Shown here piece after piece: positions 33,669-43,273 of a stretch of DNA of 64,000 bases (within the stretch, counting starts at the first letter, position 1; every line of letters starts with the position of its first letter). Where the stretch lies: contig JASMFB010000001.1 in the NCBI GenBank assembly GCA_030751995.1, positions 122 to 64,121 on the forward strand, read 5' to 3'. A model generated the notes under the pieces. The model searched no databases and was not told the DNA's origin. It saw only the letters and a program-made list of their open reading frames with translations. Position numbers and translations under genes: made by a program. The stretch is from Candidatus Thalassarchaeaceae archaeon (GTDB taxonomy: Archaea; Thermoplasmatota; Poseidoniia; Poseidoniales; Thalassarchaeaceae).

Positions 33669-36593
33669 ATGGCCACTGCCTATCAAACGAACCACCTGAG
33701 CACCGCACTAGTCCTGCTGATGATTCTCTCAGCATTGGCGCCGATGATGGCTCCCCACATGGGAGTAGACGTCGTAATTGATGATGAAACCCATCCAAAT
33801 GCACTGAAACAGGCCGACCGCACCATGGATACTGGAGCCCGTGCACCTTGTTCTGCCGTACAAAGTGACGGCGGCACAGCAGGAGATGCTGGCAACACCA
33901 CAGCGACTGCCAAATCACAGGGTAGCGACCCAACCGTGACCAATATGGATGGTTGTGTTGACACCACTGATGATCAAGATTGGTATTCAATGCAGGTATC
34001 TGCAGACAAAGACATCGTTGTTGTATTGCGTGATTTTGGTGATGGAACAAACACAGATTTCGATTTGTTACTCGCAGACAGCACCGGTGGTAACCAACAA
34101 ACTGGCACAGGCTATGTCGATTTATCTATGAGTTATGCGGCAACCGAGCGAGTTGAATTCACAACAAATTCTACCACAGCAGGAATGTTTTACATCCAGG
34201 TTTGGCAATATGCAGGAGATGGGAATTACAAGATGGACATCTGGGTAAATACCTCTGTACCAAAGCCCGATCTTGCTGTGAATTCAATCAGTGGCCCAGC
34301 GAGCGCAATGGCCGGCGACACGGTCAATGTCACGTACACAGTAGAGAATTACGGCCCAGGCGATACTAACTCAACAAATCCGTATGATGTCGTGTTTATT
34401 CTATCCACAGACGACACTTATGATTGGGGGGATACAATCGTGGATAGCCATGTTACAGGACCTTACCTTGCAGCAGGAACCAATTCAGTTGAGAGCGCTC
34501 AGTTAACCATCCCCGCTGATATAGACAGCGACGATTATCACTGGATTGTCTGGCCAGATGGCTGGGGCAATGTCTCAGAGGCGGATGATCTCAACAACAA
34601 CAATGCCAGTTCTGGCGTGACCACAATTTCGGGAATGCCTTGTCCGAATGTGGATGATGCATCAACAGGTGCGGACATTGGTGGTGTTGAGGCAGAAGCC
34701 TACGATTTGGGTGCTAATTTCACCGGAGTGATTACTGGATGCGTATCCGGCGGCGACAAGGCTGACATGTACATGCTCTCAATGGGGCGCGGGCAGAATA
34801 TTTCCGCTGTCCTAACAGCAGATAATTGGGATGCGGATCTCGATCTCGACCTATGGAATTCTAGTTCACCTGATGTAGACTCTAGTGCCGGCATTGACAG
34901 TAATGAGTCTGTGTCAACATCTGGAACAGATGCTGATGGAGCCGCAGACACCTATTACATCAATGTCTCACAATATTCCGGTCTGGCGAATTACACATTG
35001 GAGATTTGGACCAACGGCACCATATTCATCCCACCGTATGACTGTGGAAGCCCTGAAGATTGGGGGCAACCCAATGCAGATGCAGGCCCAAGTAGAGTGA
35101 CTGCAATGCAAATTGGCGAGAACCCAGAAGAAAGCGGAATGGGTTGTCTGGATATTGAAGACACGGCTGACGCTTACGGCTTCTCACTCTCTGGCATGCA
35201 TGGCATGACTGTTGAGTTAGAGTCCCACAATAATGAGAATATGCATCTCCAATTGTTCGATGGAAGTGATGATTCCTTGATTACTGAGGTGTACTCCACC
35301 AATGGCAGTGCTATGGTTGACACCACTGGATTGGACTCAAGTGATTTGAATGGTGGATACTATGTCATCATCAACGCGTACGAGGCAGAGGGTTGGTACA
35401 ACCTCTCATTCACACCGATTGACCCACCACTTCCAAACCTTGTTGCTAGCGCAATCAACTGCCCAGTCAGTGGCAGAAGTACTGGTGAGCAGGTATTCTT
35501 CGGAGCAGATATCAGCAGTGACGACGGTCCAATGGATGCCGCATTCGCTTGGCAATTGAGTTTGGTCGATGAGAACGGAACTGAAGTCCTGACTCTTCTT
35601 CAAGACGCATATTCCGATGCACTTGATGGCAATGATGGAGTAATCATCCAAGATGGCGACCTCGTTCTATTGGACAGCGCTACCATTTCGTCAGGAAATT
35701 ACACCTGTGTATTGACTGTCGATGGCGGCGATGTTATCGTCGAATCAAATGAGACTGACAATACCATGACTTCCCCGTCGTTTGAAATCATAAATTATGA
35801 CGAACTCTTTGCTAATGACCTCGATCGAGACGGCGTCCTCAACGACGACGACGCTTGTCCGAACACACCTGGCGATTCTACCATGGATCGCCTTGGCTGC
35901 CAAGATGCAGACGGTGATGGATATTCCAATGGCGGAGACGTATTCATCTACGAAGCAACCCAGTGGAACGATACTGATGGTGATGGCTTCGGAGACAACA
36001 ACGGACCTAGTGATTACAATGGTGACGTTTGCCCGAACGAATTTGGTGTGATGTCGGGAACCAATGGAACAGGTTGCCCACTTTGGATTCCCGATGAGGA
36101 CAATGACGGAGTCTCCGATTCTAATGACATGTGTCAAGGAACACCATCTGGCGCAGCAGTAGACGCGTTTGGGTGTTCTGATACAGATGGTGATGGCGTC
36201 GATGATACGATTGACGCCTGTCCAGATACTCCTGCCGACACATCAGTCGATAACACAGGATGTCCAGTGGACGACGGCACCGATGACCCTGGAGACACCA
36301 ACGGTACGGATGAATCTGGTAACAATCAATCGGGAGATACAGAAAGTTCCAGTGGTGATGATTCTGATATGATGCTGTACATCATGATTGCAGCAGGTAT
36401 CGTTCTCCTACTCGTGGTAGTTCTCGGTCTCACTCTAGTCCTACGCTCGGGTGGCAAAGGTAACGACCCCACAGAGCAAGCTTGGGCTACGGCAATAACT
36501 CCTGAGCAGCAGGCGTACGAGCAGCAATTGATTGGAATGGGATACACCGCTGAACAAGCCCGTGCTTATGCAAGCCAGTATTTCCAAAACTAA
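33669..36593 (+). CDS. Large surface protein: signal peptide, three PPC domains, a CARDB-like domain, Cys-containing TSP type 3 repeats, and a C-terminal TM helix plus short tail
   Basis: The signal-like segment is LSTALVLLMILSALAPMMAPHM. PPC blocks: DQDWYSMQVSADKDIVVVL, DKADMYMLSMGRGQNISAVL, DTADAYGFSLSGMHGMTVEL. CARDB-like: PDLAVNSISGPASAMAGDTVNVTYTVENYGPGD. TSP3-like: DDDACPNTPGDSTMDRLGCQDADGDGYSNGGD and DTDGDGVDDTIDACPDTPAD. The TM helix is MLYIMIAAGIVLLLVVVLGLTLVL and the tail ends ...GMGYTAEQARAYASQYFQN. Confidence 0.8.
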   Translation: MATAYQTNHLSTALVLLMILSALAPMMAPHMGVDVVIDDETHPNALKQADRTMDTGARAPCSAVQSDGGTAGDAGNTTATAKSQGSDPTVTNMDGCVDTTDDQDWYSMQVSADKDIVVVLRDFGDGTNTDFDLLLADSTGGNQQTGTGYVDLSMSYAATERVEFTTNSTTAGMFYIQVWQYAGDGNYKMDIWVNTSVPKPDLAVNSISGPASAMAGDTVNVTYTVENYGPGDTNSTNPYDVVFILSTDDTYDWGDTIVDSHVTGPYLAAGTNSVESAQLTIPADIDSDDYHWIVWPDGWGNVSEADDLNNNNASSGVTTISGMPCPNVDDASTGADIGGVEAEAYDLGANFTGVITGCVSGGDKADMYMLSMGRGQNISAVLTADNWDADLDLDLWNSSSPDVDSSAGIDSNESVSTSGTDADGAADTYYINVSQYSGLANYTLEIWTNGTIFIPPYDCGSPEDWGQPNADAGPSRVTAMQIGENPEESGMGCLDIEDTADAYGFSLSGMHGMTVELESHNNENMHLQLFDGSDDSLITEVYSTNGSAMVDTTGLDSSDLNGGYYVIINAYEAEGWYNLSFTPIDPPLPNLVASAINCPVSGRSTGEQVFFGADISSDDGPMDAAFAWQLSLVDENGTEVLTLLQDAYSDALDGNDGVIIQDGDLVLLDSATISSGNYTCVLTVDGGDVIVESNETDNTMTSPSFEIINYDELFANDLDRDGVLNDDDACPNTPGDSTMDRLGCQDADGDGYSNGGDVFIYEATQWNDTDGDGFGDNNGPSDYNGDVCPNEFGVMSGTNGTGCPLWIPDEDNDGVSDSNDMCQGTPSGAAVDAFGCSDTDGDGVDDTIDACPDTPADTSVDNTGCPVDDGTDDPGDTNGTDESGNNQSGDTESSSGDDSDMMLYIMIAAGIVLLLVVVLGLTLVLRSGGKGNDPTEQAWATAITPEQQAYEQQLIGMGYTAEQARAYASQYFQN

Positions 36594-36615
36594 TCTACAG
36601 GGGTGTGTTCCACCG

Positions 36616-37158
36616 ATGTCTGACGAGTTTCTCGACAGGCTCCGTGAGACTATTCGTACGGTGCCGGATTTTCCCATAGAAGGGATCATGTTCCGTGATA
36701 TCACACCCGTCTTGAGTCAACCGGGCCTTCTTTCAGAAGTGACAAATAGATTTGCTGAGGATTTGGAGCAACTCAATTGGTCTCCCGATGTTATCGTTGG
36801 CCCAGAAGCACGTGGTTTCATCTTCGGCCCATTGTTGGCGTCAAAACTCGACATTGCATTCGTACCTATTCGCAAACCAGGAAAACTTCCTGCAGCAACC
36901 AGTCGAGTTGAATATACACTTGAATACGGATCAAATACTCTTGAAATCCATCAAGATGCCTTGGTATCAGGTCAAAGGGTTGTCATAATCGATGACTTAT
37001 TGGCTACAGGTGGAACTATTTCTGCATGCTCTGAACTTTGTCAGGCAGCTGGCGCAGAGGTATTAGGGGCACTATTTTTGATTGAATTGAAAGGTCTCCA
37101 AGCACGTTCATCAATCGCCCCCATTCAAGCCCACGCATTGCTCGAATTCCCAGCATAG
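36616..37158 (+). CDS. apt: Adenine phosphoribosyltransferase
   Basis: IEGIMFRDITPVL...VIVGPEARGFIFGPLLA...VVIIDDLLATGGT is the PRTase type I signature. ATG at 36616. Confidence 0.85.
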   Translation: MSDEFLDRLRETIRTVPDFPIEGIMFRDITPVLSQPGLLSEVTNRFAEDLEQLNWSPDVIVGPEARGFIFGPLLASKLDIAFVPIRKPGKLPAATSRVEYTLEYGSNTLEIHQDALVSGQRVVIIDDLLATGGTISACSELCQAAGAEVLGALFLIELKGLQARSSIAPIQAHALLEFPA

Positions 37159-37175
37159 CCCCCCCGAAGGGGGGG
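37159..37175 (+). terminator. C7-GAA-G7 hairpin immediately after the apt stop codon
   Basis: The sequence cccccccgaaggggggg was read directly and starts at the nucleotide after TAG. Confidence 0.35.
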
Positions 37176-37249
37176 ATACCCAATTCGAATCATAGCGGAG
37201 CGGTTATGAAGGGGCAGCAGGTCGGCGGGACGCTCGAGGTGCTCTATAC

Positions 37250-37705
37250 ATGGCTCGCATGCACAGTCCAGGTCGCGGAAAGAGTGGTTCAACCAAGCCC
37301 CTCGTCGACAAAGCACCCGAGTGGTCAAACTCCGATCCGAAAGCAGTAACTGAACTGATTCTTTCATTGGCTGCAGACGGACACAACACTGCATCCATTG
37401 GCACCATTCTCCGTGACCAGCACGCAGTTCCCGATACCCGACTCGTCGTTGGCAAGCGAATCGGCCAGATTCTTGCCGAAAACGAGATTACACCACAGTA
37501 TCCAGAAGATATGATGAGTTTGATGCGCCGCGCACTCCGCCTCATCAATCATCTTGAATCAAATCGCAAAGACCGCCACAATTCGCGCCAACTTGAGTTG
37601 ACTGAGAGCAAGATCCGTCGACTATCTCGGTACTACAAAGGTCGCGGCCAACTCGACACAGAATGGGCATACAAGCGTGATCAACTCCGCCTCATGGTAG
37701 AGTAA
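37250..37705 (+). CDS. rps15: 30S ribosomal protein uS15 (archaeal S15P/S13e)
   Basis: The N-terminus MARMHSPGRGKSGSTKP is typical of archaeal uS15. Length is 151 aa. Confidence 0.9.
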   Translation: MARMHSPGRGKSGSTKPLVDKAPEWSNSDPKAVTELILSLAADGHNTASIGTILRDQHAVPDTRLVVGKRIGQILAENEITPQYPEDMMSLMRRALRLINHLESNRKDRHNSRQLELTESKIRRLSRYYKGRGQLDTEWAYKRDQLRLMVE

Positions 37706-37766
37706 TCATCTCCTGCCGTTGTGGTCAGGTCTTTGAACCGTAAGTGGAACCACAACTCCGCGGCCC

Positions 37767-38633
37767 ATGTCACTACTTGATCTCCCAGCCTTCGCGACAG
37801 CCGCACCCGTATTGCGGGAAGCAGCACTCAAATTGCGAACATCCAAGTCTTCTCTAACAATTGTTGCACCACTGGATGAGTCTGGAATCTTCGCTTCCGC
37901 ATTACTAGAAGCTGCACTATTGGATGCTGGAATACCCTACCAACGCCGTTTACGAGATAATGCAAAGGCTGCCAAGGGCCCGAGCATTGTCATTGACTCA
38001 ACCTCAGTTTCCCAACTCGAGTCGATCGGAACAGAACCATTGTCCATCCATCTTGCACCGCTTGAAGTCGAGGCGTTGGTCGCCAGTGGTGGAGATTCTC
38101 GCCACGGCCTACTCTCACCCGTCGCACTTGCTGCTGGGTTGGGTAATTCGATTGCACCTTCAGGGGCCATGTCGCGCCTACTGATGCCTTGGATATTGAC
38201 TGGTAATTGGCTTTCCAGTGGCCTTGAGCATACCTATGACCCGGTTTACACAGTTCTCCGCGATTATCTCTCGAATGAGGGGCATATTCGAGTGGTTCCA
38301 ATGCCTGAAGTCCCCGATGTTCACCCTGACAGTCTGCCCGGCATCGATTCGTTAGCGCTCGGTGCTGTTCGTGATAGATGGGGCCAACTCGACCTTGAAG
38401 GCCGTGCCCAATCACTGTCACATTTAATGAAACCTCTACTGGATGTGGAGCTTCCTTCAACAGCCCGCCTCGAGGAACTGGGTTGGCATCGCATCATGGC
38501 AGCTGGATGGGAGCGAGATTTGGCGAGTCAGCTAACATCTTTCACTAAGTCATGGCGAGACAACCCATCTGGTCGACGCAGTCAAGCGAGCGACACTATC
38601 GATAGCCTGCTGAGAACTGGTCAGATGCCTTAA
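37767..38633 (+). CDS. Hypothetical protein, possibly a degenerate DHH (RecJ-like) domain
   Basis: SLTIVAPLDESGIFASALLEAAL loosely resembles DHH motif I (V.V..H.DADGI.SA.IL) with the metal ligands replaced. No DHH or GGGH motifs were found. Position after rps15 matches the archaeal rps15-RecJ-like synteny. Confidence 0.45.
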   Translation: MSLLDLPAFATAAPVLREAALKLRTSKSSLTIVAPLDESGIFASALLEAALLDAGIPYQRRLRDNAKAAKGPSIVIDSTSVSQLESIGTEPLSIHLAPLEVEALVASGGDSRHGLLSPVALAAGLGNSIAPSGAMSRLLMPWILTGNWLSSGLEHTYDPVYTVLRDYLSNEGHIRVVPMPEVPDVHPDSLPGIDSLALGAVRDRWGQLDLEGRAQSLSHLMKPLLDVELPSTARLEELGWHRIMAAGWERDLASQLTSFTKSWRDNPSGRRSQASDTIDSLLRTGQMP

Positions 38634-40693
38634 CCTTCAATTCGCAGATTCCGTCCACATCCACCGCAGGGTATACGCACTGGGCGTTCAGTTGTTTCAA
38701 CTGGATTTGAAGTGTTACAAGCGGGACAATCCACAGTTGGAATATCTCTCGTTAACGCCTTTTCATAATCCTCTGAAAGAGATTCACCCCCAAGTACCCA
38801 ATCACCCTCATGACGAGGCGAGATTATGGCCAAAGGCATCATCAGTACTGCGCATGCAGTGGCGATTCCAAGGACGAATGTTGGGGGTAGAGCAGAAAGG
38901 GCGTAAACATAACTCATCATTCCCGTAAAGGCGAATGAAGAAATTCCCACTATCCATCTTGAACGATTCCAAGTCAATTTAAGTCCCACGACAATTCCAG
39001 ACACAAGTAACAATATTGTGGAAAGCAAGGTCACGAATGGTGAGAATAACGCACTTCCAGCCACAGTATATTCTACCTCAAATTTATCATCGTCAGAAAG
39101 GCCATCAATCTCGATTGTCACCACTTCTTTCAAACCGACTCGATAGTGTGTCACAGTCATGTCTTCTGGGAGATCTTCCTTGATGACACTAAACAGCCCA
39201 GAGAACGCACTTGTGGTCAATTCAACACTCAAATCGACAGAGGGGTCTCCATTCATTGTCCAAATTCCATTTCCGAGTTGAGGGCGAATGAAATCAGAAA
39301 TGAGCATAATACGTTCTTGCCCAGTCAATGCTAGGACCACATCAATTCGAATTCGCATTGGCGCATCATCGATTCCTGAAACTCCCATGAGGTCAATCAT
39401 TACCTCTGGGTTCATATCAAACAAATCTGCTTCAAACAATCCATCAGGATTGAGCGCTAATCCAGTATTTCCTAAGAACAATTCAAGATTCCTTGTACTA
39501 CTGTCAATGTGATTCAACAGTGCCTCTCTTTCCACGTCATCTACCTTGCCGTTTTCTCTCAGTTGAGACGACCCTGTAAATTCTTGAATCTGAGTGAACA
39601 AATGATCTGAGGGCAACGAAGAATTGCCAATGTTATCCATCCCCCAACGCAACCAAGATGCCATTGAACCTTCAATTTCAAATTCCACGGTCCGTGTAAT
39701 ATGAGTCCCATCATACTTCACTTCAATGTCAACATCCAGTCGACTGCTCACAGCTCTTGCCGGCTCGCCGAAGTGATAACTTTGGGTGCCACCACCTTCT
39801 TCAAATGTGATGTCGTGATTCCTACCGGTTGTCAGGGGGACATCTCCTCCATTCAACCAGATGGACAGATTAATCTGGTAATTTCCATCGGTTGGGTTTG
39901 AACCTGGATTCCAAACAAACGGAACTTCGACCCCTCCGGAAACAATACTCGGTGAACGGACATCTGAAATGACGATGCCACCAATCTTGAACTCAAATTC
40001 TTCCAATGAAGACCACATACGCTCTCCAAAGCCGGATTTCAGTATAACGGGGAAGAAAACCTCTTCTCCAACCACCAAAGCATTCGGCATTTCGATTGTC
40101 ACTAACGGAAGGGTTGCACGTAAGGCACTCTCTGTATCCTCGCCCCAAATGAATCGAATCGATGACTCATCTCCGGGTTGTGTGAAAAGGATACTCCTCA
40201 CCGAAAAAGTCACTTCAATTACATCATTCATACTGATTGCAACCTGGGGAATTTCAATGTCGATTCCGACAAGATCATTTCCCGACATAAATGCTCCAGG
40301 GGTGCCACTTTCTGCTGTGTAGAGATTATTTCCAATCAACACATCAACGGTTGCATTGGCGTACACTCCTGCTGCATTCTCTACTTCGTAGGCGATATTG
40401 AATCTCCATGTCGATTCAGCCATCGTTGCACTTTCTTTCCAAACAATACTCCATGTTGCAATTTCTTCAACACCTTGTACTGATTGGCTGACACCTTTTT
40501 CATTAATTCCGACCAATTCATTCTCAAACGGCGTCATAGTTGCTTCGTTGTTCTCACCGATGAGGAAGAGATCAAACTCACTTGGTCCACAACAGACAAT
40601 TTCAGCCGATGCAGATGGGACACTGAGAGGAATCATGGCTGCCAGTAGTAGAAACATGAGCCCGTAAGCACTGCGAGACTGGCGAGCCTGCAT
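38630..40693 (-). CDS. Secreted, membrane-anchored protein with C-terminal multi-TM region and a terminal zinc-ribbon
   Basis: Start taken at MQARQSRSAYGLMFLLLAAMIPLSVPSASA, a signal peptide. The longer ORF to 40975 would overlap gltX. Three C-terminal hydrophobic helices are followed by CPACNTSNP...CGGCGRNLRIEG. Confidence 0.6.
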   Translation of the reverse strand: MQARQSRSAYGLMFLLLAAMIPLSVPSASAEIVCCGPSEFDLFLIGENNEATMTPFENELVGINEKGVSQSVQGVEEIATWSIVWKESATMAESTWRFNIAYEVENAAGVYANATVDVLIGNNLYTAESGTPGAFMSGNDLVGIDIEIPQVAISMNDVIEVTFSVRSILFTQPGDESSIRFIWGEDTESALRATLPLVTIEMPNALVVGEEVFFPVILKSGFGERMWSSLEEFEFKIGGIVISDVRSPSIVSGGVEVPFVWNPGSNPTDGNYQINLSIWLNGGDVPLTTGRNHDITFEEGGGTQSYHFGEPARAVSSRLDVDIEVKYDGTHITRTVEFEIEGSMASWLRWGMDNIGNSSLPSDHLFTQIQEFTGSSQLRENGKVDDVEREALLNHIDSSTRNLELFLGNTGLALNPDGLFEADLFDMNPEVMIDLMGVSGIDDAPMRIRIDVVLALTGQERIMLISDFIRPQLGNGIWTMNGDPSVDLSVELTTSAFSGLFSVIKEDLPEDMTVTHYRVGLKEVVTIEIDGLSDDDKFEVEYTVAGSALFSPFVTLLSTILLLVSGIVVGLKLTWNRSRWIVGISSFAFTGMMSYVYALSALPPTFVLGIATACAVLMMPLAIISPRHEGDWVLGGESLSEDYEKALTRDIPTVDCPACNTSNPVETTERPVRIPCGGCGRNLRIEG

Positions 40694-40748
40694 GGCGTGG
40701 CGACAGCGAGATTCGACTTGAACCTCACGCACGCGCGCGCGTGCGAAT

Positions 40749-42491
40749 TCAACCATGTAGCCGAACGAGGAGCCGAGCCCCGTTTTCATCAATGCCCTCA
40801 AGGATTGCGAACCCCATTCGTTCAAGTTGGACGACAGTTCCATCTGGATAATCATTGATTTCCAATAATCCTTCAGCCACCACCAATTCACCCTCTTCTT
40901 CAAGCAGCAATACGGCTGGTTGTGCCATGTTGCTGGGTAGCCAATGAATAATCGGGGTGTTACCATGGCGTTCAATGTTTATGATTTGACCCACCCACCC
41001 TCTACTTACCTCTTTTTTATGGTTGATTGCAATGTCTGCAAAATCCTTCAAACGCCTCGCTTCACGTGAGGTGAAATCTTCGAAAGCAATCTTCACCTTG
41101 AGTGGACTATCCTCAAGTGGCCATTCACGAACGCCCTTGTCTGGATGTTCGGGGTGGATTGGCAGAGTGACTTTATCCATCTGGATTTCAGTGATGTCCA
41201 ACTCAATGGTACGTGGATTACTCACAAATGATAGTCGTGGTGCTTCTGCATCGACCGCCTTGGCGTTGAGGCTGTTCAGCGTCGACATGGGGACTGAGAT
41301 ATCCTTCTGTGTTAGGCCCAGATCAATCCAGAATTTCCTCATCGCCCCAGCGTCATATCCTCGTCTTCGCAGTGCCCTGAGTGTCGGCAGGCGAGGATCA
41401 TCCCATCCAGTATATTGGCCAGCTTGAATGTCTTTTTTCATCTGTGATGTGCTGAAACCACCGAACTCATGCACCTTCACTCGTCCCCAGTACATCGTTT
41501 CAGGGTATGTCCATCCGAACTTTTCGTACAGCAATGTTTGCTTTCGTGTAGAGTCCATCAAATCCTTCCCTCGCACAATATGTGTCACACCTTGGAGGTG
41601 GTCCTCCACAGCGCTTTGGAAATCAAGCAATGGCCAGACTTTGTATCTGTCACCTACCAATGGGTGGTCGGCATGTTGAATCCGCAAAGCCGGCCAATCC
41701 CGAAGAGCTGGATTGGGCAGTGTCATATCAGTCTTGATTCGAACGACGGCTCCACCAGGTTGAATGGTGCCATCATTCATCTGGCCCCACATATGGATAT
41801 TATCTTCTACCGCTCGATTTCGACATGGACATTCGGTTTTTGAAATTCTGAATTCCTTGAATGCATCACTAGAGCATTGACACACATAGGCGTGATTTTC
41901 AGACAATGTCTTGGCCGCATAATCAAGGTACACTTCCATTCTGTCTGATGCGCGTAGTATTCTATCTGGAGCCCGTCCTGCAAGCCAGGTAAAATCCTCT
42001 TCAATCAATGCGTAAGCTTCCGGGTCGGGACGTTTAACCACAGAATCCGTGTCATCAAATCGAAGGATTACTTCCCCATCGTACATTCGTGCCAATTCAG
42101 CATTGATGACCACGCCCCTTGCATGGCCCAATGACAATGGCCCATTGGGATTCGGTGCAAATCGGAGAACGACATTCCCTGACTCGGCATTTGGCAAGGG
42201 AGGAAGACCTTCCCTCCGTTCCTTGACTTTCTTCTCCAATGCATCTGGGGATTCGTCTTCTAGAATCGAGCGAATATGATCTAATCCTTTCTCTGTAGCC
42301 AAGGCATTGGCTTCAGCAACTTGGCTAGCAATGAATCCAGTCAACTCTTGTGCTCGAGAGCGCAAATCAGGATTTTCACCCATCACTCTGCCCATGACAG
42401 AGCCGACCTGACCCTGCCCATCGTACTCAAGTGCATTCTGTAGAGCATACTTGCGCAGTAGTGAAACCACCTCTGGTTCAAGTTCGCCCAT
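40749..42491 (-). CDS. gltX: Glutamyl-tRNA synthetase, archaeal/eukaryotic-type class I
   Basis: PNPNGPLSLGHARG is the HIGH region. Length is 580 aa, and catalytic-domain similarity is to archaeal GluRS. Confidence 0.85.
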   Translation of the reverse strand: MGELEPEVVSLLRKYALQNALEYDGQGQVGSVMGRVMGENPDLRSRAQELTGFIASQVAEANALATEKGLDHIRSILEDESPDALEKKVKERREGLPPLPNAESGNVVLRFAPNPNGPLSLGHARGVVINAELARMYDGEVILRFDDTDSVVKRPDPEAYALIEEDFTWLAGRAPDRILRASDRMEVYLDYAAKTLSENHAYVCQCSSDAFKEFRISKTECPCRNRAVEDNIHMWGQMNDGTIQPGGAVVRIKTDMTLPNPALRDWPALRIQHADHPLVGDRYKVWPLLDFQSAVEDHLQGVTHIVRGKDLMDSTRKQTLLYEKFGWTYPETMYWGRVKVHEFGGFSTSQMKKDIQAGQYTGWDDPRLPTLRALRRRGYDAGAMRKFWIDLGLTQKDISVPMSTLNSLNAKAVDAEAPRLSFVSNPRTIELDITEIQMDKVTLPIHPEHPDKGVREWPLEDSPLKVKIAFEDFTSREARRLKDFADIAINHKKEVSRGWVGQIINIERHGNTPIIHWLPSNMAQPAVLLLEEEGELVVAEGLLEINDYPDGTVVQLERMGFAILEGIDENGARLLVRLHG

Positions 42492-42532
42492 AGGGCGAAA
42501 CCGCCCGCAGGCCGTTTTTGAACATGAGGGGC

Positions 42533-43273
42533 TCAGAATAGGGTCCGCTGCGCGTTAGGCGGGGCATCTGGGTCGACCGACCTAACGGGGGCCGATTCAT
42601 TGTACACCTGTTTCCATGCATCCTTGACAGTCATCCAACCCCATCGGAGACAATCGTGGGGGGCTTCGCCATCAATCAGTTTTGGAAGGGCTGCAATCGT
42701 CTTGGGGTCCGAGGGATAACCTGACCCCAATTCAATACCAATTTCAGATGAAATTGCCCGTATAGCTTGGTCGCGGGCGACTTTGGCTAGGATAGATGCG
42801 CCTGCGACTGCCAAACAATGCAAGTCGGCCCCGTGTCTACTGTCCATCGTCCAACCTTCCCATGGCCAATCATTGAGGCGATTGGCTACATTGTTTCCGA
42901 ATCTCCCTGCATCCACATCACATGCGTCCAATTGGAGTACACCCCCTCCCTCAACCTTGAATCTTCGAGCCAGTGATGCAAACAAACTGACTTCGTGATC
43001 ATTGAGATTTGTCATAGCCATTGCGCGGTCGATATCAGCAGGTTGAGAAATACACAATTCAATTTCCCACTCTCTGTTCTCAGCCTGTTCTCGAATCCAT
43101 CGATCCAACTCTTCTCGTTTTGATTTCGAGAGCAATTTAGAATCTGTCACTCCAACATCATGCAGCAATGAAAGGTCTGATTCTGGCAGGCACAGTGCGC
43201 CGACTACCAAGGGCCCAATCACGGGCCCCCTGCCTGCTTCATCAATCCCTATTCGCCACATACAATCCCTCAC
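42533..43273 (-). CDS. rnhB: Ribonuclease HII
   Basis: WRIGIDEAGRGPVIGPLVVGAL is the RNase HII N-terminal signature. The true start may be Met 6 at 43258. Confidence 0.85.
   Translation of the reverse strand: MRDCMWRIGIDEAGRGPVIGPLVVGALCLPESDLSLLHDVGVTDSKLLSKSKREELDRWIREQAENREWEIELCISQPADIDRAMAMTNLNDHEVSLFASLARRFKVEGGGVLQLDACDVDAGRFGNNVANRLNDWPWEGWTMDSRHGADLHCLAVAGASILAKVARDQAIRAISSEIGIELGSGYPSDPKTIAALPKLIDGEAPHDCLRWGWMTVKDAWKQVYNESAPVRSVDPDAPPNAQRTLF

Noticed and set aside
36532-36615. Upstream start for apt (36532) and 881 GTG start for the first giant gene
   Set aside because: Both upstream starts use non-ATG codons and overlap the preceding gene or precede the signal peptide. The internal ATGs (36616, 935) give canonical N-termini.
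38630-40975. Longer N-terminal extension of the 38630 gene (start at 40975)
   Set aside because: The extension would overlap the 3' end of gltX by more than 220 nt on the same strand and lacks a signal peptide. The internal Met at 40693 gives a canonical signal peptide.
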